A DNA stretch of 64,000 nucleotides from assembly GCF_048593235.1 (NCBI RefSeq), contig NC_133620.1, positions 477,865,886 through 477,929,885 of the forward strand, given 5' to 3'. The first letter of the stretch is position 1. The number at the start of each line of letters is the position of its first letter. This document shows, piece after piece, positions 36,080 to 50,587 of this stretch. The position numbers and the translations under genes are program-made. This DNA is from Sminthopsis crassicaudata. Lineage: Eukaryota. The notes under the pieces are model-generated. The model did no database searches, was not told where the DNA came from, and saw nothing but the letters and a program-made list of their open reading frames with translations.

Positions 36080-37609
36080 GAATGATCAGTGTCTCCTGGG
36101 CGTGCGTGTTGTTCTGGGCTAGGATACTATAATGGTCACTTGTTTGCTCCTGGTCCAAACATCAGAGGGAAAGAGAGCCGGTCCTAGGGGCAAGTCCATC
36201 CCCTTTTTCTGGACCTAAATTTAAAGTGGCATTTTTAGTTTTGGAGACCCCCATCCACACACTGACCCCTGTGCTCATGAGGCTTCGCTGGTTTCTGAAA
36301 ATGCAGAGTGAAAAGTTCATTGGCTGAGTCCTTCCCAGTTTTCAAGCTTCTTTCCATATTACCTCCTTTGTCACATTCTCTTTCAGCCAGACTGTCCTGC
36401 CTACTGTGCCTTATAAACAACATGCCATTTCCCACCTCCATGCCTTTGCCCAAACTGCCCCCATGCCCAAGTGACTCTCCCTCCACACCTCTGTTTGCTT
36501 TGAGATTAAGCTCAAGCCCCTTCTGATCCCTGAAGATTCCAGCCCTCTCTGTCCTGAAATGACCTCATATTGTCTGGTCCATCTTCATCCATTTTCCCTG
36601 GTAGGCTGCAAGTTCCCTGAGACCAGATGGCCTCATTTTTGTCCTTGGATGCTGCAGTCTTGGGACAGTCCCTGACAGACAGGAGACTTTCCTGAATGCT
36701 TGTGGAGAGTCCCCTCTCCAACTTTCCAGAGGTCCCTGGCTTTCGGGGGCTACAGTGCTACCTGTGTCTCCATAGTGGGTGACTGATAACTGTCGGGAAA
36801 CCTCGGCAGGTCCCGCATTTTTATCTTTCTGGTTGTGCTCTGGGGGAAGAAGGCAAGAAGCCTCATCTCTCTATGGTCTAACATCCCTCCATATCCTGGC
36901 AAATTTTTCCTTGGAACTATCTGGAAAGATCCTTCTCCAAATCAGGACTCCCTCCTGACTGAGTCTCTCTCTCTCCACTGGGGGATGCCAGTATCCCTCA
37001 AAAGCATGGCCCTGAACAAAGATACTCTCTGCCCTCCCCATGGGCCACATGGCAAGATCCTCTTCAGTACCCTTCTTGTGGACTTTCTCAAGACAGGGTC
37101 CTCCCCTGGCAGGGAAAATGGCAGTCACCTTGAGGAGAAGAATGGCGGGCAAGTCTGTGTGTACGAATGTGCAGGTGTGTTCAGGTGGCAGAGCGCAAGG
37201 AACCTCTCCAGAGTCAACGGGAAGGCCTCTTTCCCCATTCTGACTTCCCTCTCTGTTTCGGCATACAAAGGGTTCCCCTAAACTGTCCATCATCAGCTCA
37301 CAATCAGCCCTGGTCCTGTTTGGGGCTCCGTTGTCCTGGGGCTGCTGGCTGTGTTTGTGTGGAACCTTCTGGAGGCCTCTTGAATGCGGGATGTGCAGAG
37401 GCAGCTGCCAGGGACATCTCGAGGGGAACTCCCTCGTGCCAGGGCTGCTCTGATGGGAGGCAGGCCCTTCGAAGTGAACACTGCTGCCTGCTGGAGGCGT
37501 GTGGAGGCATCCGAGGCAAAGAATATTTTCTGGCTAAATTCGTGCCAGTTCCTGAGGCTCTGGAGGAGGTGTTGGGGCAGGGTGCGTCGGGTGTCCTGCA
37601 CTTGAATTA

Positions 37610-38150
37610 GACATGCTGACGTTTGGTGAAGCCGGACAAAGGAACGGTAGCCAAGTGTGCAGGCTGATTGATGAGAGAAAGGAAAGGGGGAACCCCATTG
37701 GTCGGCGTAAAGATAGTAAGATAATCCCACGAGGCGCAGTGTCCCCTGTAAGTGAATTTACAGGCCCGAAAACCTAGATTGAGAAATAAAAGGTTTATTG
37801 TAGAAATTTGGAAGTAAAGCTCAGTTAGAAAGACGGCAGGGCCGAAGGTGGCCACTGGGCGGGCAGGAACCCTTACGTGGCCGGAAGGATGCCATGTGTT
37901 GGGGGAAGGGCTCCGGCTTGGCTCTTTTATATCTAGAAGTGGCTGCTTGTAGGCGGTGCCAAGTTCTGGCGGGCTTTTCACATAAGGAAGAAACTGTGGG
38001 GGGTTGGGGAAATCTGAGCAGATAGTGGGGCCCAGATATTCAAAAGGGTGCTTTTTGACCAGGATTTGGTCAAAGGTCAAGCCATCGAGGTCAGCCATGG
38101 GGTTTGGGAAATCAGAAAGGAATCCCAAAGGGATCTCACCCCCTATCATT
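37610..38150 (-). mobile_element. Probable ERV solo LTR, related family
   Basis: Shares the core above; minus-strand AATAAA (tttatt at about 37795) and TATA (ttttata at about 37926). Boundaries approximate. Confidence 0.5.
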
Positions 38151-38680
38151 GAAAAGTGGCTCAAAATGGGATGCAGAGGGATGGTCGTGACCATGGTGAG
38201 CTGATGGGGCCATGCCTTCTGCTCTCTCCAGACAGTCTTGTGTGGCATTCATGCTTTGCAGCCACACCCATACGGTGGGCCTAAGGGAGGGAAACAAGAC
38301 TAGTGAGAGGCCAGGAAAGTGAGTTGATGCAGTTTATTACCAGGTGGGAATGGTCAGGGCCATCCCTGCAAACATTGACCAAAGAGAGAGGCTGCCAGGG
38401 GCCGCAAGCACGAGCCAGGTGCAGTCAGGACCCTAGAGAGAGCCAGCGGAAGCTGCTCCATGGGCCGGGTGTACACCAAAGCAGGTGCCGAGGCTGGGGG
38501 CAGCCATGGGCTCAAATAGCTGAGGGTGTGTGGGACCTTGTCATCTGTGTGTCACAAGAAAGGGCTGGGGTGGCTGATCAGTTGTGAGACTGATGATTGA
38601 AGATGGATCCAGGAGGCCCACTGCAGTCAGGCCCGAGACAGAGGGCGTCAGCCGAGGGGACAGAGAGCAGCAGCCCGGGG

Positions 38681-39640
38681 TCAGCAGCAAGATTTCTGGC
38701 CGCAGCTGGGGGCGCAGCAGGCGGGCTTGCAGCAGGCGGGCCGGCAGACCAGGGACACACAGGAGGCGGGGCGGCAGCAGGGGGCGGCCGGGCAGCAGGA
38801 GGGTGCGCAGCAGCAAGAGGAGGAGGACGTGGGGCCGCAGCAAGAGGGTCTGCAGGAGACGGGCGCGCAGCAGGAGGCCGGGCCGCACACGGGCCGGCAC
38901 ACGAGGCGCACGCAGCAGGCCGGGCGGCAGCAGCTGGGCTGGCAGAAGCAGGAGGCGGGGCGGCAGCAGGTGGCGGCCGGGCAGCAGGAGGGTACAACGC
39001 AGCAAGAAGAGGAGGATGGGATGGTACAGCAAGACGGTTTGCAGGAGACGGGCACGCAGCAGGAGGCTGGACTGCACACAGGCCGGCAGATGAGGGACAC
39101 ACAGGAGGCTGGACAGCAGGAGGGTGCACTGCAGAGGCAGCAAGAGGAGGAGGAGGAGGAGGAGGAGGAAGATGAGGAAGAAGAGGAAGATGAGGAGGAT
39201 GAGGAAGAAGCACAGTAAATGGATTTGCAGGAGACAGGCACACAGCAGCAGGCTGGGCGGCAGCAGCTGGGCTGGCAGCAGCAGGAGGCAGGGCAGCAGG
39301 CTGTGGTCACACAGCAGCTGGGCTTGCAGCACATGGGGACGCAGCAGCAGGACTGCACCGAGCAGGGAGAGGCAGTGCAGCACGGGGCCGGGCAGCAGGA
39401 GGCCGGTGTGCAGCACGGGGCCGGGCAGCATGGGGCCGGGCAGCAGGGGGCCGGGCAGCAGGGGGCTGGGCAGCAGCCGGGTTCACAACAGCTCTCCGGG
39501 CAGTCGTCCAGCTGCCAGGAAGAGCCGGTGCAAGAACTGGGCAAGCAGACTCTGTTGCTGCCACAGCTCACGTCACTGGAACAGACCGAGACGGCCGAGG
39601 CTGTGGGAAAGCAAGGCCCAGAGAAACAGGTGTCTGCCAT
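38681..39640 (-). CDS. KRTAP10-like: KRTAP10-like (copy B, 319 aa, with a 22-Ser tract)
   Basis: MADTCFSG...[16 protein letters not shown]-terminus, GQKSCC end; TATA at 39854-39860; conserved gtttatta poly(A) block at about 38333. Confidence 0.93.
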   Translation of the reverse strand: MADTCFSGPCFPTASAVSVCSSDVSCGSNRVCLPSSCTGSSWQLDDCPESCCEPGCCPAPCCPAPCCPAPCCPAPCCTPASCCPAPCCTASPCSVQSCCCVPMCCKPSCCVTTACCPASCCCQPSCCRPACCCVPVSCKSIYCASSSSSSSSSSSSSSSSSSSSSSCCLCSAPSCCPASCVSLICRPVCSPASCCVPVSCKPSCCTIPSSSSCCVVPSCCPAATCCRPASCFCQPSCCRPACCVRLVCRPVCGPASCCAPVSCRPSCCGPTSSSSCCCAPSCCPAAPCCRPASCVSLVCRPACCKPACCAPSCGQKSCC

Positions 39641-41645
39641 GGTGGGAGCGCTGGATGGGTGCCTTGGGAGGCAGAGACCGGGAAACGGGTGTCAGTGAGG
39701 GGCTGAGTGCCTGATGCAGGGAGGTGCAGGAGCCTCACTGGGATGGAGCTGGTGTCTGTGCCTGTGGGCGTGAGTGTGAGTGTGGGTGTGGGTGTGGGTG
39801 TGGGTGTGAGTGAAGCTGTGGGGCTGCTGTGAAGGTGGCTCAGCCTGGTGGGCTTTTATATCCCTCCTGGCAGGAGGATGGCCCAAGGAAGGCCGGACCT
39901 TCTTCCCTATTGATGTTTGTGGCCTCTTCCCTCAGAAGCCAATCATTAGGGGAGGGTGACACAGCCCGGGGGAGAGCCATCGGTCCACAAACACCTCTCC
40001 CTGTGAGTCTGACTGCAGTGGCCTTGCTGGGGAGGGGCTCGGGCTCTGGGGCCCTCGGTCCTGCCGTGTGCGGCCAGCGACGTGACAGCCAGTGCTTCTC
40101 AGTGAAGGGAGTCAGGCAGCAATGGGGAGATGAGCAGGGCGTGGAGAACATGCCTCCCGTCTCAGGCAAAATGGCCAGTGGGCTCCCTGTGGGGCGTTCC
40201 TGGAATTAGCTCTTTGGAGCACGCCAGGGGAACGTGTAGGAAGAACGTCTGCCGCTGGGCCAAATGGGACAGTCTCGCCTCTGCAACTTGCGCTCGTGCC
40301 AGCCCCACAACGGCCATGCCAACGGTCCCGACTCCCAGGCCCTCTGCCGGGAGGTCCTCCCATGACCGTGGGGACAGCCGGGCCCTTGGGATGTGATGGC
40401 AAGGGAGTTTGTGCTAGGAAGACTTGGATCAGCAGGTGGCTTCAAGGTCGACCCTGAAGGGCAGAAGCGGCCATTCTAAGCAGGGCAGGTGGCCTGAGGG
40501 GATGGGCTCTCATGGCCCGTTCTGGCCTCTGCTGGGCGGCTCCAGGAAGCAGAGGGGGACCTGCTGAAGGACATGCTCTTAAGTGAGTTGATGCCCCTCC
40601 TGGAGGAGAGACCCAAGCCAAGCTGTCTGGGGACTGTGGTTCTTATTGTGGCTTGCCACACGTGCCCTCTTGGCCAGAGAGAGGTTATGGGAGACTGCTG
40701 GCTGAAGGATTTTCTGGCTCTGACCTTTCCCAGGGGTCTCCTGTGGTTGTGTGGCCCCCGGTCGGAGTCTTGGGAGAGCTCCTTGGCACACAGCCTTCCA
40801 GTCCTTGCCATGGGTAATGTCACCTTGGTCTGTACCCCTGTAGGGCCTTTCCTCCATGGTGGAGGTGGTAGCATTCCCGGGCTGGAATCCCCGAAGATCG
40901 TGATGGAGACAAGTGTCCAGGAAGTCCTTGTCCAGGGTGACATTTTTGTTGTTAGTCACGACTGTTGGTGAAACTCGTGCCTTTCCCCCTCTCCCTTGCA
41001 CTTCAGGTAGGTATTATGCCCAGAGGCTCCTCTGTCCACTCGTCATGGGCCGAAAGTTCCTTCAGAAATGTGTGCGGTCACAGCGGCTGCTCTGATTGGC
41101 CAGATCGCCTGCTGCAGGGAGTGTCTGTGACCCGGCCATGCACGCTGGCCCATGAGCACTTGGGGCTCACTCACGGTTGAGTGCCCTGACTTTGAGCGAG
41201 GCTCCCATGAGCTGAGAGCTCCAGCCTCCTCAGCAGTCCAGGGGGAGGAGAGGGCTCGGCAATCCCTCTACCCCTTCTGACAAGTGAGGCGTCGCAGTGC
41301 ACCCACTGGCCGCATTGCATCGAGGCCGGCTCCTTTGCCGGGGAGCTCTCCCACAGGCCATGTGGATATGGATCAAGGTATTCCTTGCACTGTGGAGTTC
41401 ATTCCAAAGGCAGCGCAGCAAGGGGCTCGGCAGCAGGACGGCTGGCAACGGGAAGGTCCGCAGCCAGTGGCCAGGCCCCGGGGCATGGGGTCTCCAAGTT
41501 CAGGCGAAGGCCTGCCTGTGATGGGCAAGAGCCTGGCCGAGTGTCCCCTCAGGTTCAAAGGCCTGTTCCTTGTGAGCTCGACGCCAGAAAGCTGAAGGGA
41601 CAGGGAAGTCATTCTAGAGAAATGCATGCCACAGACATTCTTCCT

Positions 41646-41923
41646 TTTTTTTTTTTTTAATTTTTAAAATTAATTTTATAATTATAACATTTTTTTGACA
41701 GTATATATGCATGGGTAATTTTTTACAACATTATCCCTTGTACTCCCTTCTATTCTGAATTTTCCCCTCCTTCCCTCCATCCCCTCCCCTAGATGGCAGG
41801 CATTCCCATACATATTAAATATCTTATAGTATGTCCTAGGTACAATATATGTGCAGAACCGAATTTTGTTGTTGTTGTTGCAAAGGAAGAATTGTATTTG
41901 GAAGATAAAAATAATCTGGGAAG

Positions 41924-41954
<31 letters not shown>

Positions 41955-42977
41955 ACAATGCTCAGTTTACACTCATTTCCCAGTGTTCCTTTTCTGGATG
42001 TAGATGATTCTGTCCATCATTGACCAATTGGAATTGGATTAGCTCTTCTCTATATTGAAGATATCCACTTCCATCAGAACACATCCTCATACAGTATCAT
42101 TGTTGAAGTGTATAATGATCTCCTGGTTCTGCTCATTTCACTCAGCATCAGTTGATGTAAGTCTCTCCAAGCCTCTCTGTATTCCTCCTGCTGGTCATTT
42201 CTTACAGAGCAATAATATTCCATAACCTTCATATACCATAATTTACCCAACCATTCTCCAATTGATGGACATCCATTCATCTTCTAGTTTCTAGCTACAA
42301 CAAAAAGAGCTGCCACAAACATTTTGGCACATACAGGTCCCTTTCCCCTCCTCAGTAGTTCCTTGGGATATAAGCCCAGTAGTAGCACTGCTGGGTCAAA
42401 GGGTATGCACATTTTGATAACTTTTTGGGCATAATTCCAGATTGCTCTCCAGAATGGTTGGATTCTTTCACAGCTCCACCAACAATGCATCAGTGTCCCA
42501 GTTTCCCCACATCCCCTCCAACATTCCTCATTATTTGTTCCTGTCATCTTAGCCAATCTGACAGGTGTGTAGTGGTATCTCAGAGCTGTCTTAATTTGCA
42601 TTTCTCTGATCAGTAGTGATTTGGAACACTCTTTCATGTGAGTGGAAATAGTTTCAATTTCATCATCTGAGAATTGTCTGTTCTTATCCTTTGACCATTT
42701 ATCAATTGGAGAATGGTTTGATTTCTTATAAATTAGAGTCAGTTCTCCATATATTTTGGAAGTGAGGCCTTTATCAGAACCTTTAACTGTAAAAATATTT
42801 TCCCAATTTGTTACTTCCCTTCTAATCTTGTTTGCATTAGTTTTGTTTGTAGAAAAGCTTTTTATTTTGATGTAATCAAAATCTTCTATTTTGTGATCAA
42901 TAATGATCTCTAGTTCTCCTTTGGAAACAAATTCCTTCCTCCTCCACAAGTCTGAGAGGTAGACTATCCTATGTAAG
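41646..42977 (-). mobile_element. 5'-truncated L1 (1.33 kb) with 12-bp TSD
   Basis: TSD gacattcttcct at 41634-41645 and 42978-42989; empty paralogous site at about 53780; ORF2 C-terminal ORF 42284-42982. Confidence 0.93.
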
Positions 42978-43661
42978 GACATTCTTCCTAATCAATTCAT
43001 GTGAAGGTCCCCCCTTCCTGTGTCCTGGTGCAGCTACTTCTCAGAGTGCTTGGATATCGTGATGGTGAACACAGGGGAAAGATTTTAAGGCAATAGGTTT
43101 GTGTTCTGGAAGGCAGGGGCCAGAGTGTGGGTGCGATGTGTCAGGGCCCGGCTTTGCAGGACCTCGGTGAGGCATGTGCCTGGTATGCCGGCACACTTTA
43201 GATAGAGCCACTGACTCCTGGGGCCTCGTGCGCTCCTCAGGCTGCCTTGTGCAAGTGTGGGGCTCCCGCTTTCCCAGCTGGGCCCAAGGTGAGGAAACAG
43301 GACGAGAGGCCAGAAAAGTGAGTTGATGCTGTTTATTAGCAGGCAGGCCATGGTCAAGGCCATCCCCGGGCACTTTGACATGAGAGAGAGCCTGCCAGGG
43401 GCTGCAAGCAGTGGGCCCGGGTGCACGCCAAGCAGGTGCTGAGGCTGGGGCAGCCAGGGTTTGGAAGAGCCCCGCATGGGTTCTGCTGGTGGAGCTGTTT
43501 GCTGCACTTTGGCATTGGGGTGATCTCTGAAAGGCAGGGTGGCAGAGGGAGGCTGGTCAGTTCTTGAGGCTGATATAGGAAGTCTGCAGAAGTGGGGCCC
43601 GGGGTGGGGGAGAGACAGAGGGTGTCAGCCGGGGGGGGGGGCAGAGAGCAGCAGCCTGGGG

Positions 43662-44432
43662 TCAGCAGCAAGATTTCTGGCCACAGCTGGGGGCGTAGCA
43701 GGCGGGTTTGCAGCAGGCGGGCCGGCAGACCAGGGACACGCAGGAGGTGGGGCGGCAGCAGGGGGCGGCCGGGCAGCAGGAGGGTGCACAGCAGCAAGAG
43801 GAGGAGGATGTGGGCCCGCAGCAAGAGGGTCTGCAGGAGACGGGTGCGCAGCAGGAGGCCAGGCCGCACACGGGGCGGCACACGAGGGACACGCAGCAGG
43901 CCGGGCGGCAGCAACTGGACTTGCAGCACACAGGCAGGGAGATGCAGCAGCTGGGCTTGCAGCACACAGGCAGGGAGATGCAGCAGCTGGGCTTGCAGCA
44001 CACGGGGACGCAGCAGCAGGACTGCACCGAGCAGGGAGAGGCAGCGCAGCAAGGGGCTGGGCAGCAGGACTGCTGGCAGCAGGATGGCGAGCAGGAGGAG
44101 GCGCAGACAGCCTGGCAGGGGCCGGGTTCACAGGCCGCCTGGCAGGTGGCGGGCACGCAGCAGACTGGCTGGCAAATGAGGGTCAGGCAGGAGGCCGGTG
44201 TGCAGCAGGGGGCCGGGCAGCAGGGGGCCGGGCAGCATGGGGCCGGGCAGCATGGGGCTGGGCAGCAGCCGGGTTCACAACAGCTCTCTGGGCAGTCGTC
44301 CAGCTGCCAGGAAGAGCCAGTGCAAGAACTGGGCAAGCAGACTCTGCTGCTGCTGCAGCTCACGTCACTGGAACAGACCGAGACGGCCGAGGCTGTGGGA
44401 AAGCAAGGCCCAGAGAAACAGGTGTCTGCCAT
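43662..44432 (-). CDS. KRTAP10-like: KRTAP10-like (copy C, 256 aa)
   Basis: Same termini as copy B; TATA at 44633-44639. Confidence 0.93.
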   Translation of the reverse strand: MADTCFSGPCFPTASAVSVCSSDVSCSSSRVCLPSSCTGSSWQLDDCPESCCEPGCCPAPCCPAPCCPAPCCPAPCCTPASCLTLICQPVCCVPATCQAACEPGPCQAVCASSCSPSCCQQSCCPAPCCAASPCSVQSCCCVPVCCKPSCCISLPVCCKPSCCISLPVCCKSSCCRPACCVSLVCRPVCGLASCCAPVSCRPSCCGPTSSSSCCCAPSCCPAAPCCRPTSCVSLVCRPACCKPACYAPSCGQKSCC

Positions 44433-45619
44433 GGTGGGAGCGGTGGGTGGGTGCCTTGACAGCAGAGACCGGAAAATGGGTGTCAGCGAGGGGCCAAGTG
44501 CCTGATGCAGGGAGGTGCGGGAGCCTCACTGGGATGGGGCTGGTGTCTGTGGGTGTGAGTGTGAGTGTGAGTGTGGGTGTGGGTGTGAGTGAAGCTGTGG
44601 GGCTGCTGTGAAGGTGGCTCAGCCTGGTGGGCTTTTATATCCCTCCTGGCAGGAGGATGGCCCAATGGAAGGCCGGACCTTCTTCCCTGTTGTTGTTTGT
44701 GGCCGCTTCCCTCAGAAGCCGATCATTAGGAGACGGTGACACAGCCGGGGGAGAGCCATTGGTCCACAAACACCTCTCCCTGTGAGTCTGACTGTGCTGG
44801 TGCTGGCTTCTGTGTGTGAGTCTGTCAGTGTGTGTTTGTGTGAGTGTGCATGTGTTTGTGCATGTGGGCGTGTGTGTTTGGGGATGGGCGTGCTGGGGTT
44901 CTGAGATGATGGACACGTGTCCTTCCTTGGATTCTGTTGGGTCACTGTTGTCAAACACGAGGCTGAAAGGAAGTCAGTGGCTTTGGTGCAGGGAAAAGGG
45001 GCCAGCAGGCAGAAGGAGTGAAGGGCTGCAGCCAGTCTCCTGCAAGGAGCGTCCAGGATGGAGCCGCTGCTCTGGGGCAGAGATGTGTACTTGTGTGTGA
45101 TTGGTTGCTCTTGTCTGAATGGGAGCTGGTCCCTGTGGGCAGGGAGGCCCCGTGGGGCTTTTCAGACTCCAGGGAGGTGAGGCATGGTGCGACCCAAAGC
45201 AGGGCTGGAGGAGCCGCTATGCGGTGGGCATCCTCGGGCACACGTCTCCGGAGAAATCTGTCCGAGGAAGCTCGGCGGCCTTGCTGGGGAGGAGCTCGGG
45301 CCCTGGGGCCCTCGGTCCTGCCGTGTGCGGCCAGCGACGTGACAGCCAGTGCTTCTCTGTGAAGGGAGTCAGGCAGCAATGGGGAGATGAGCAGGGCGTG
45401 GAGAACATGCCTCCTGTCTCAGGTCCAAAGGCCAGTGGGCTCCCTGCGGGGCGTTCCTGGAACTAGGTATTTGGAGCACGCCAGGGGAACGCATAGGAGG
45501 AACGTCTGCCGCTGTGCAAATGGGACAGGCTTGCCTCTACCACTCTGCCTGCCACATAGCCGCCATGCCAGCAGTCCCGACTCCCAGGCCCTCTGCTGGG
45601 AGGTCCCGCCATGACTATG

Positions 45620-46017
45620 TGTTATGGGCCAGAACTTGAAACAAGGTGCTAATGCTTATGTACTGAGTTCACCCCTTTAAAGGAGTTCCCACACTAGACT
45701 TCACACCTTTAGAGAGCATGTATAAGAAGAAGCCCATAAGCCCACTCTCCAAAAGTGGATTCAAATTCAGATTCCACCTCTGTGCTGGATGGAGACTCGG
45801 AGGCAGCTCTTGTAACCGAGGAGAGAGATCGGCCTCTGCTAAAGCTTACCAGGCCACAGGAAAAGAGACAGGCTTTGAAGGGGAAAATAAAGGATCTGGA
45901 CTTTAATACCTGGCTGTATTTGGGGTGATTACACTGAACTGAAACTAAGGCTGCTTCCAGAAGCTCCCCAAGAAACCTGCTCCCAGAGAATATTCTATTT
46001 TAGAGTAGAGCACTTCA
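45620..46017 (+). mobile_element. ERV solo LTR (398 bp) with 6-bp TSD
   Basis: TG...CA ends; TATAAG at about 45721 and AATAAA at about 45886; TSD ac(t/c)atg. Empty site accgtg at about 40366 in the paralogous spacer. Confidence 0.8.
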
Positions 46018-46743
46018 ACCATGGGGACAGCCGAGCACTTGGGATGTGGCGGAAAGGGAGCTTGTGCCAGGCAGACTTGGATCAGCAGGTGGCTCTTCAA
46101 GGTCGACCCCGAAGGGCAGAAGCGGCCATTCCAAGCAAGGGCAGGTGGCCTGAGGGGATGGGCTCTCATGGCCCGTTGTGGCCTCTCTGCTGGATGGCTC
46201 TAGGATGCAGAGGGGGACCTGCTGAAGGACATGTTCTTAAGGTAGTCGATGCCCCCACTGGAGGAGGGACCCAAGCTAAGTTGCTGAGGACTGTGGTTCT
46301 TTTTTTCTTTTTTTTTTTTTAGAGGAAAATTTTTTTTAATTAAAAAAACTTTTTATTAATTTTATAATTATAACATTTTTGACAGTATATATGCATAGCT
46401 AATTTTTTACAACATTATCCCTTGTATTCCCTTCTATTCCGAATTTTCCCCTCCTTCCCTCCACCCCCTTCCCGAGATGGCAGATAGTCCCATACATATT
46501 AAATATCTTATAGTATATCCTAGGTACAATATGTATGTGCAGAACCGAATTTTGTTGTTGTTGCAAAGGAAGAATTGGATTTGGAATGTAAAAATAACCT
46601 GGGGAGATAAATAAAAAATGCCAACAGTTTACACTCATTTCCCAGTGTTTCTTCTCTGGGTGTAGCTGGTTCTGTCCATCATTGATTGATTGATTAATTG
46701 GAATTGGATTAGCTCTTCTCTATGTTGAAGATTTCCACTTCCA

Positions 46744-49700
46744 TCAGAATACATCCTCATACAGTATCATTGTTGAAGTGTATAATGATCTCCTAGTTCT
46801 GCTCGTTTCACTCAGCACCAGTTCATGCAAGTCTTTCCTAGCCTCTCTGTATTCATCCTGCTGGTCATTTCTTACAGAACAATAATATTCCATAACATTC
46901 ATATACCATAATTTACCCAACCATTCTCCAATTGATGGGCATTCGTTCATCTTCCAGTTTGCAGCCACTACAAAAAAGGCTGCCACAAACATTTTGGCAC
47001 ATACAGGTCCCTTTCCCTTCTTTAGTATTTCCTTGGGATATAAGCCCAGTAGTAGTACTGCTGGGTCAAAGAGTATGCACAGTTTAATACCTTTTTGTGC
47101 ATAATTCCAGATTGTTCTCCAGAATGGTGGGATTCTTTCACAACTGCACCAACAATGCATCAGTGTCCCAGTTTTCCCACAGCCCCTCCAACATTCATCA
47201 TTATTTGTTCCTGTTGTCTTAGCCAATCTGACAGGTGTATAATGGTATCTGAGTTGTCTTAATTTGCATTTCTCTGATCAATAGTGATTTGGAACACTCT
47301 TTCATATGAGTGGAAATGGTTTCAATTTCATCATCTGAAAATTGTCTGCTCATATCCTTTGACCATTTATCAATTGGAGAATGGCTTGATTTCTTATAAA
47401 TTAGTCAATTCTCTGTATATTTTGGAGATGAGGCCTTTATCAGAACCTTTAAATGCAAAAAGGTTTTCCCAATTTGTTACTTCCCTTTTTATCTTGTTTG
47501 CATTAGTTTTGTTTGTACAAAAGCTTTTTAATTTTATGTAATTAAAATTTTCTATTTTGTGATCAATAATGCTCTCTAGTTTTCTTTTGGTCACAAATTC
47601 CTTCCTCCTCCACAAGTCTGAGAGGTAGACTATCCTCTGTTCCTCTAATTTATTTATGATCTCATTCTTCATGTCTAAATCATGGACCCATTTTGATCTA
47701 ATCTTAGTATGTGGTGTTAAGTGTGGGTCCATGCCCAGTTTCTGCCATACTAATTTCCAGTTTTCCCAGCAGTTTTTGTCAAAAAATGAATTCTTATCCC
47801 AAAAGTTGGGATCTTTGGGTTTGTCAAATACTAGATTGCTATTTTTATTCACTATCTTGCTCTGTGAACCTAACCTATGCCACTGATCAACTAGTCTATT
47901 TCTTAGCCAATACCAAATGGTTTTGGTGACTGTTGCTTTATAATATAGTTCTAGATCAAGTACAAATAGGCCACCTTCATTTGATTTTTTTTTCATTAAT
48001 TCCCTTGAAATTCTCGACCTTTTGTTCTTCCATATGAATTTTGTTGTTATTTTTTCTAGATCATTAAAATAGTTTCTTGAGAGTCTGATTGGTATAGCAC
48101 TAAATAAATAAATTAGTTTAGGGAGTATTGTCATCTTGATTATATTTGCTCGGCCTATCCAAGAGCACTGAATGTCTTTCCAATTATTTAAATCTGACTT
48201 TATTTTTGTGGCAAGTGTTTTGTAATTTTACTCATATAATTCCTGACTTTCCTTTGGTAGATATATTCCCAAATATTTTATATTATCGACAGTTATTTTG
48301 AATGGAATTTCTCTTTGTATCTCTTGCTGTTGGATTGTGTTGGTAATGTATAAAAATGCTGAGGATTTATGTGGATTTATTTTATATCCTGCAATTTGCT
48401 AAAGTTCTGAATTATTTCTAATAGCTTTTTAGCAGAGTCTTTGGGGTTCTCTAAGTATACCATCATATCATCTGCAAAGAGTGATAGTTTGATTTCCTCA
48501 TTACCTACTCTAATTCCTTGAATCTCTTTCTCGGCTCTTATTGCCAAGGGTTAGTATTTCTAATACAATATTGAATAGTAATGGTGATAGTGGGCAAACT
48601 TTTTCACTCCTGATCTTACTGGGAAAGTTTCAAGTTTATCGCCATTACATATGATGTTTACTGACAACTTTAAATATATGCTCCTTATTATTTTAAGGAA
48701 TAGTCCATTTATGCCTATACTCTCAAGTGTTTTTAGTAGGAATGGATATAGGATTTTATTAAATGCTTTTTCTGCATCTGTTGAGATGATCATATGGTTT
48801 TTGTTAATTTGGTTATTGATATAGTCGATTATGCTAATAGCTTTCCTAATATTGAACCAGCCCTGCATTGCTGGTATAAATCCCACTTGGTCATAGTGTA
48901 TTATCCTGGGGATGATTTTCTGTAGTCTTTTTGCTAATATTTTATTTAAGGTTTTAGCATCAATATTCATTAGGGAGATTAGTCTATAATTTTCTTTCTC
49001 AGATTTCAGCCTACCTGGTTTAGGTATCAGTACCATGTCTGTGTCATAAAAGGAACTTGGTAGGACTCCTTCAATCCCTATTTTTTCAAATAGTTTATAT
49101 AGCATTGGAGTTAGTTGTTCTTTAAATGTTTGGTAGAATTCACATGTAAATCCATCTGGTCCTGGGGATTTTTTCTTAGGGAGTTGGTTAATAGCTTGTT
49201 CTATTTCTTTTTCTGAAATAGGACTATTTAGATTATTTACTTCTTCCTCTGTTAATCTGGGCAAACTATATTTTTGAAGGTATTCTTCCATTTCATTTAA
49301 GTTATTGAATTTATTGGCATAAAATTGAGCAAAGTAGCTCCTAACTATTGTTCTAATTTCCTCTTCATTAGTGGCGAGTTCCCTCTTTTCGTTTTTAAGA
49401 CTAACAATTTGCTTTTCCTCTTTCCTTTTTAAAATCAGATTTACTAAGGGTTTGTCTATTTTGTTGTTTTTTTCATAGAATCAACTTTTAGTTTTATTAA
49501 TTAATTCAATAGTTTGTTTTTTTTTTTACTTTCAATTTTATTAATCTCACCTTTTATTTTTTGAATTTCAAGTTTTGTGTTTGTCTGGGGGTTTTTAATT
49601 TGTTCCTTTTCTAGCAATTTTAGTTGTAAGCCCAATTCGTTGGCCCTCTTTTTCTCTATTTTATGCAAGTAGGCCTGTAGAGATATAAAACTTCCCCTTA

Positions 49701-50587
49701 TTACTGCTTTGGCTGTATCCCACACATTTTGGTATGATGTCTCATTATTGTCATTTTCTTGGGTGAAGTTATTAATTATGTCTATGATTTGCTGTTTTAC
49801 CCAATCATTCTTTAGTATAAGATTATTTAGTTTCCAATTATTTTTTGGTCTCTTTTCCCCTGGCTTTTTATTAAATGTTATTTTGATTGCATTATGGTCT
49901 GAAAAGGATGCCTTACTATTTATTTTACTTACTATTTTATTTTACTATTTCTGCCTTACTGCATTTGATTTTGAGGTTTTTATGCCCTAGTATATGATCA
50001 ATTTTTGTATAGGTTCCATGAACTGCTGAGAAGAAAGTATATTCCTTTCTGTCTCCATTTAGCTTTCGCCAAAGATCTATCATATCAAACTTTTCTAGTA
50101 TTCTATTTACCTCTTTGACTTCTTTCTTATTTATTTTGTGGTTTGATTTATCTAATTCTGAGAGTGCAAGGTTGAGATCTCCCGCTATTATAGTTTTGCT
50201 ATCTATTTCCTCTTGCAGCTCTCTTAATTTCTCTTTTAAGAATTTAGATGCTGCACCACTTGGTGCATACATGTTTAATATTGATACTGTTTCACTATTG
50301 ATGCTTCCCTTTAGCAGCATATAATGCCCTTCCTTATCTCTTTTAATTAGATCAATTTTTGTTTTTGCTTGATCTGAGATGAGGATGGCTACTCCTGCTT
50401 TTTTGGTTTTGCCTGAAGCATAATAGATTCTGCTCCACCCTTTTACTTTTAGTTTGAGTGTTTCCTGTAAACAACATATAGTAGGATTCTGACTTTTAAT
50501 CCAGTCTGCTAACTGCTTCCTCTTTATGAGGCAGTTTGCCCCATTCACATTTATGGTTAGAAGGACTAATTCTATATTGCTTGCCAT
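46744..50587 (-). pseudogene. L1 ORF2 (endonuclease/reverse transcriptase), frameshifted
   Basis: LTINVNG, CCLQET, GDLN, SAVHGTYTKIDHILG (endonuclease); [24 protein letters not shown] (reverse transcriptase). Broken into several ORFs. Confidence 0.95.

Noticed and set aside
35472-38150. Two related LTRs read as the ends of one provirus
   Set aside because: They are too diverged from each other, and the interval contains L2-like sequence rather than gag/pol.
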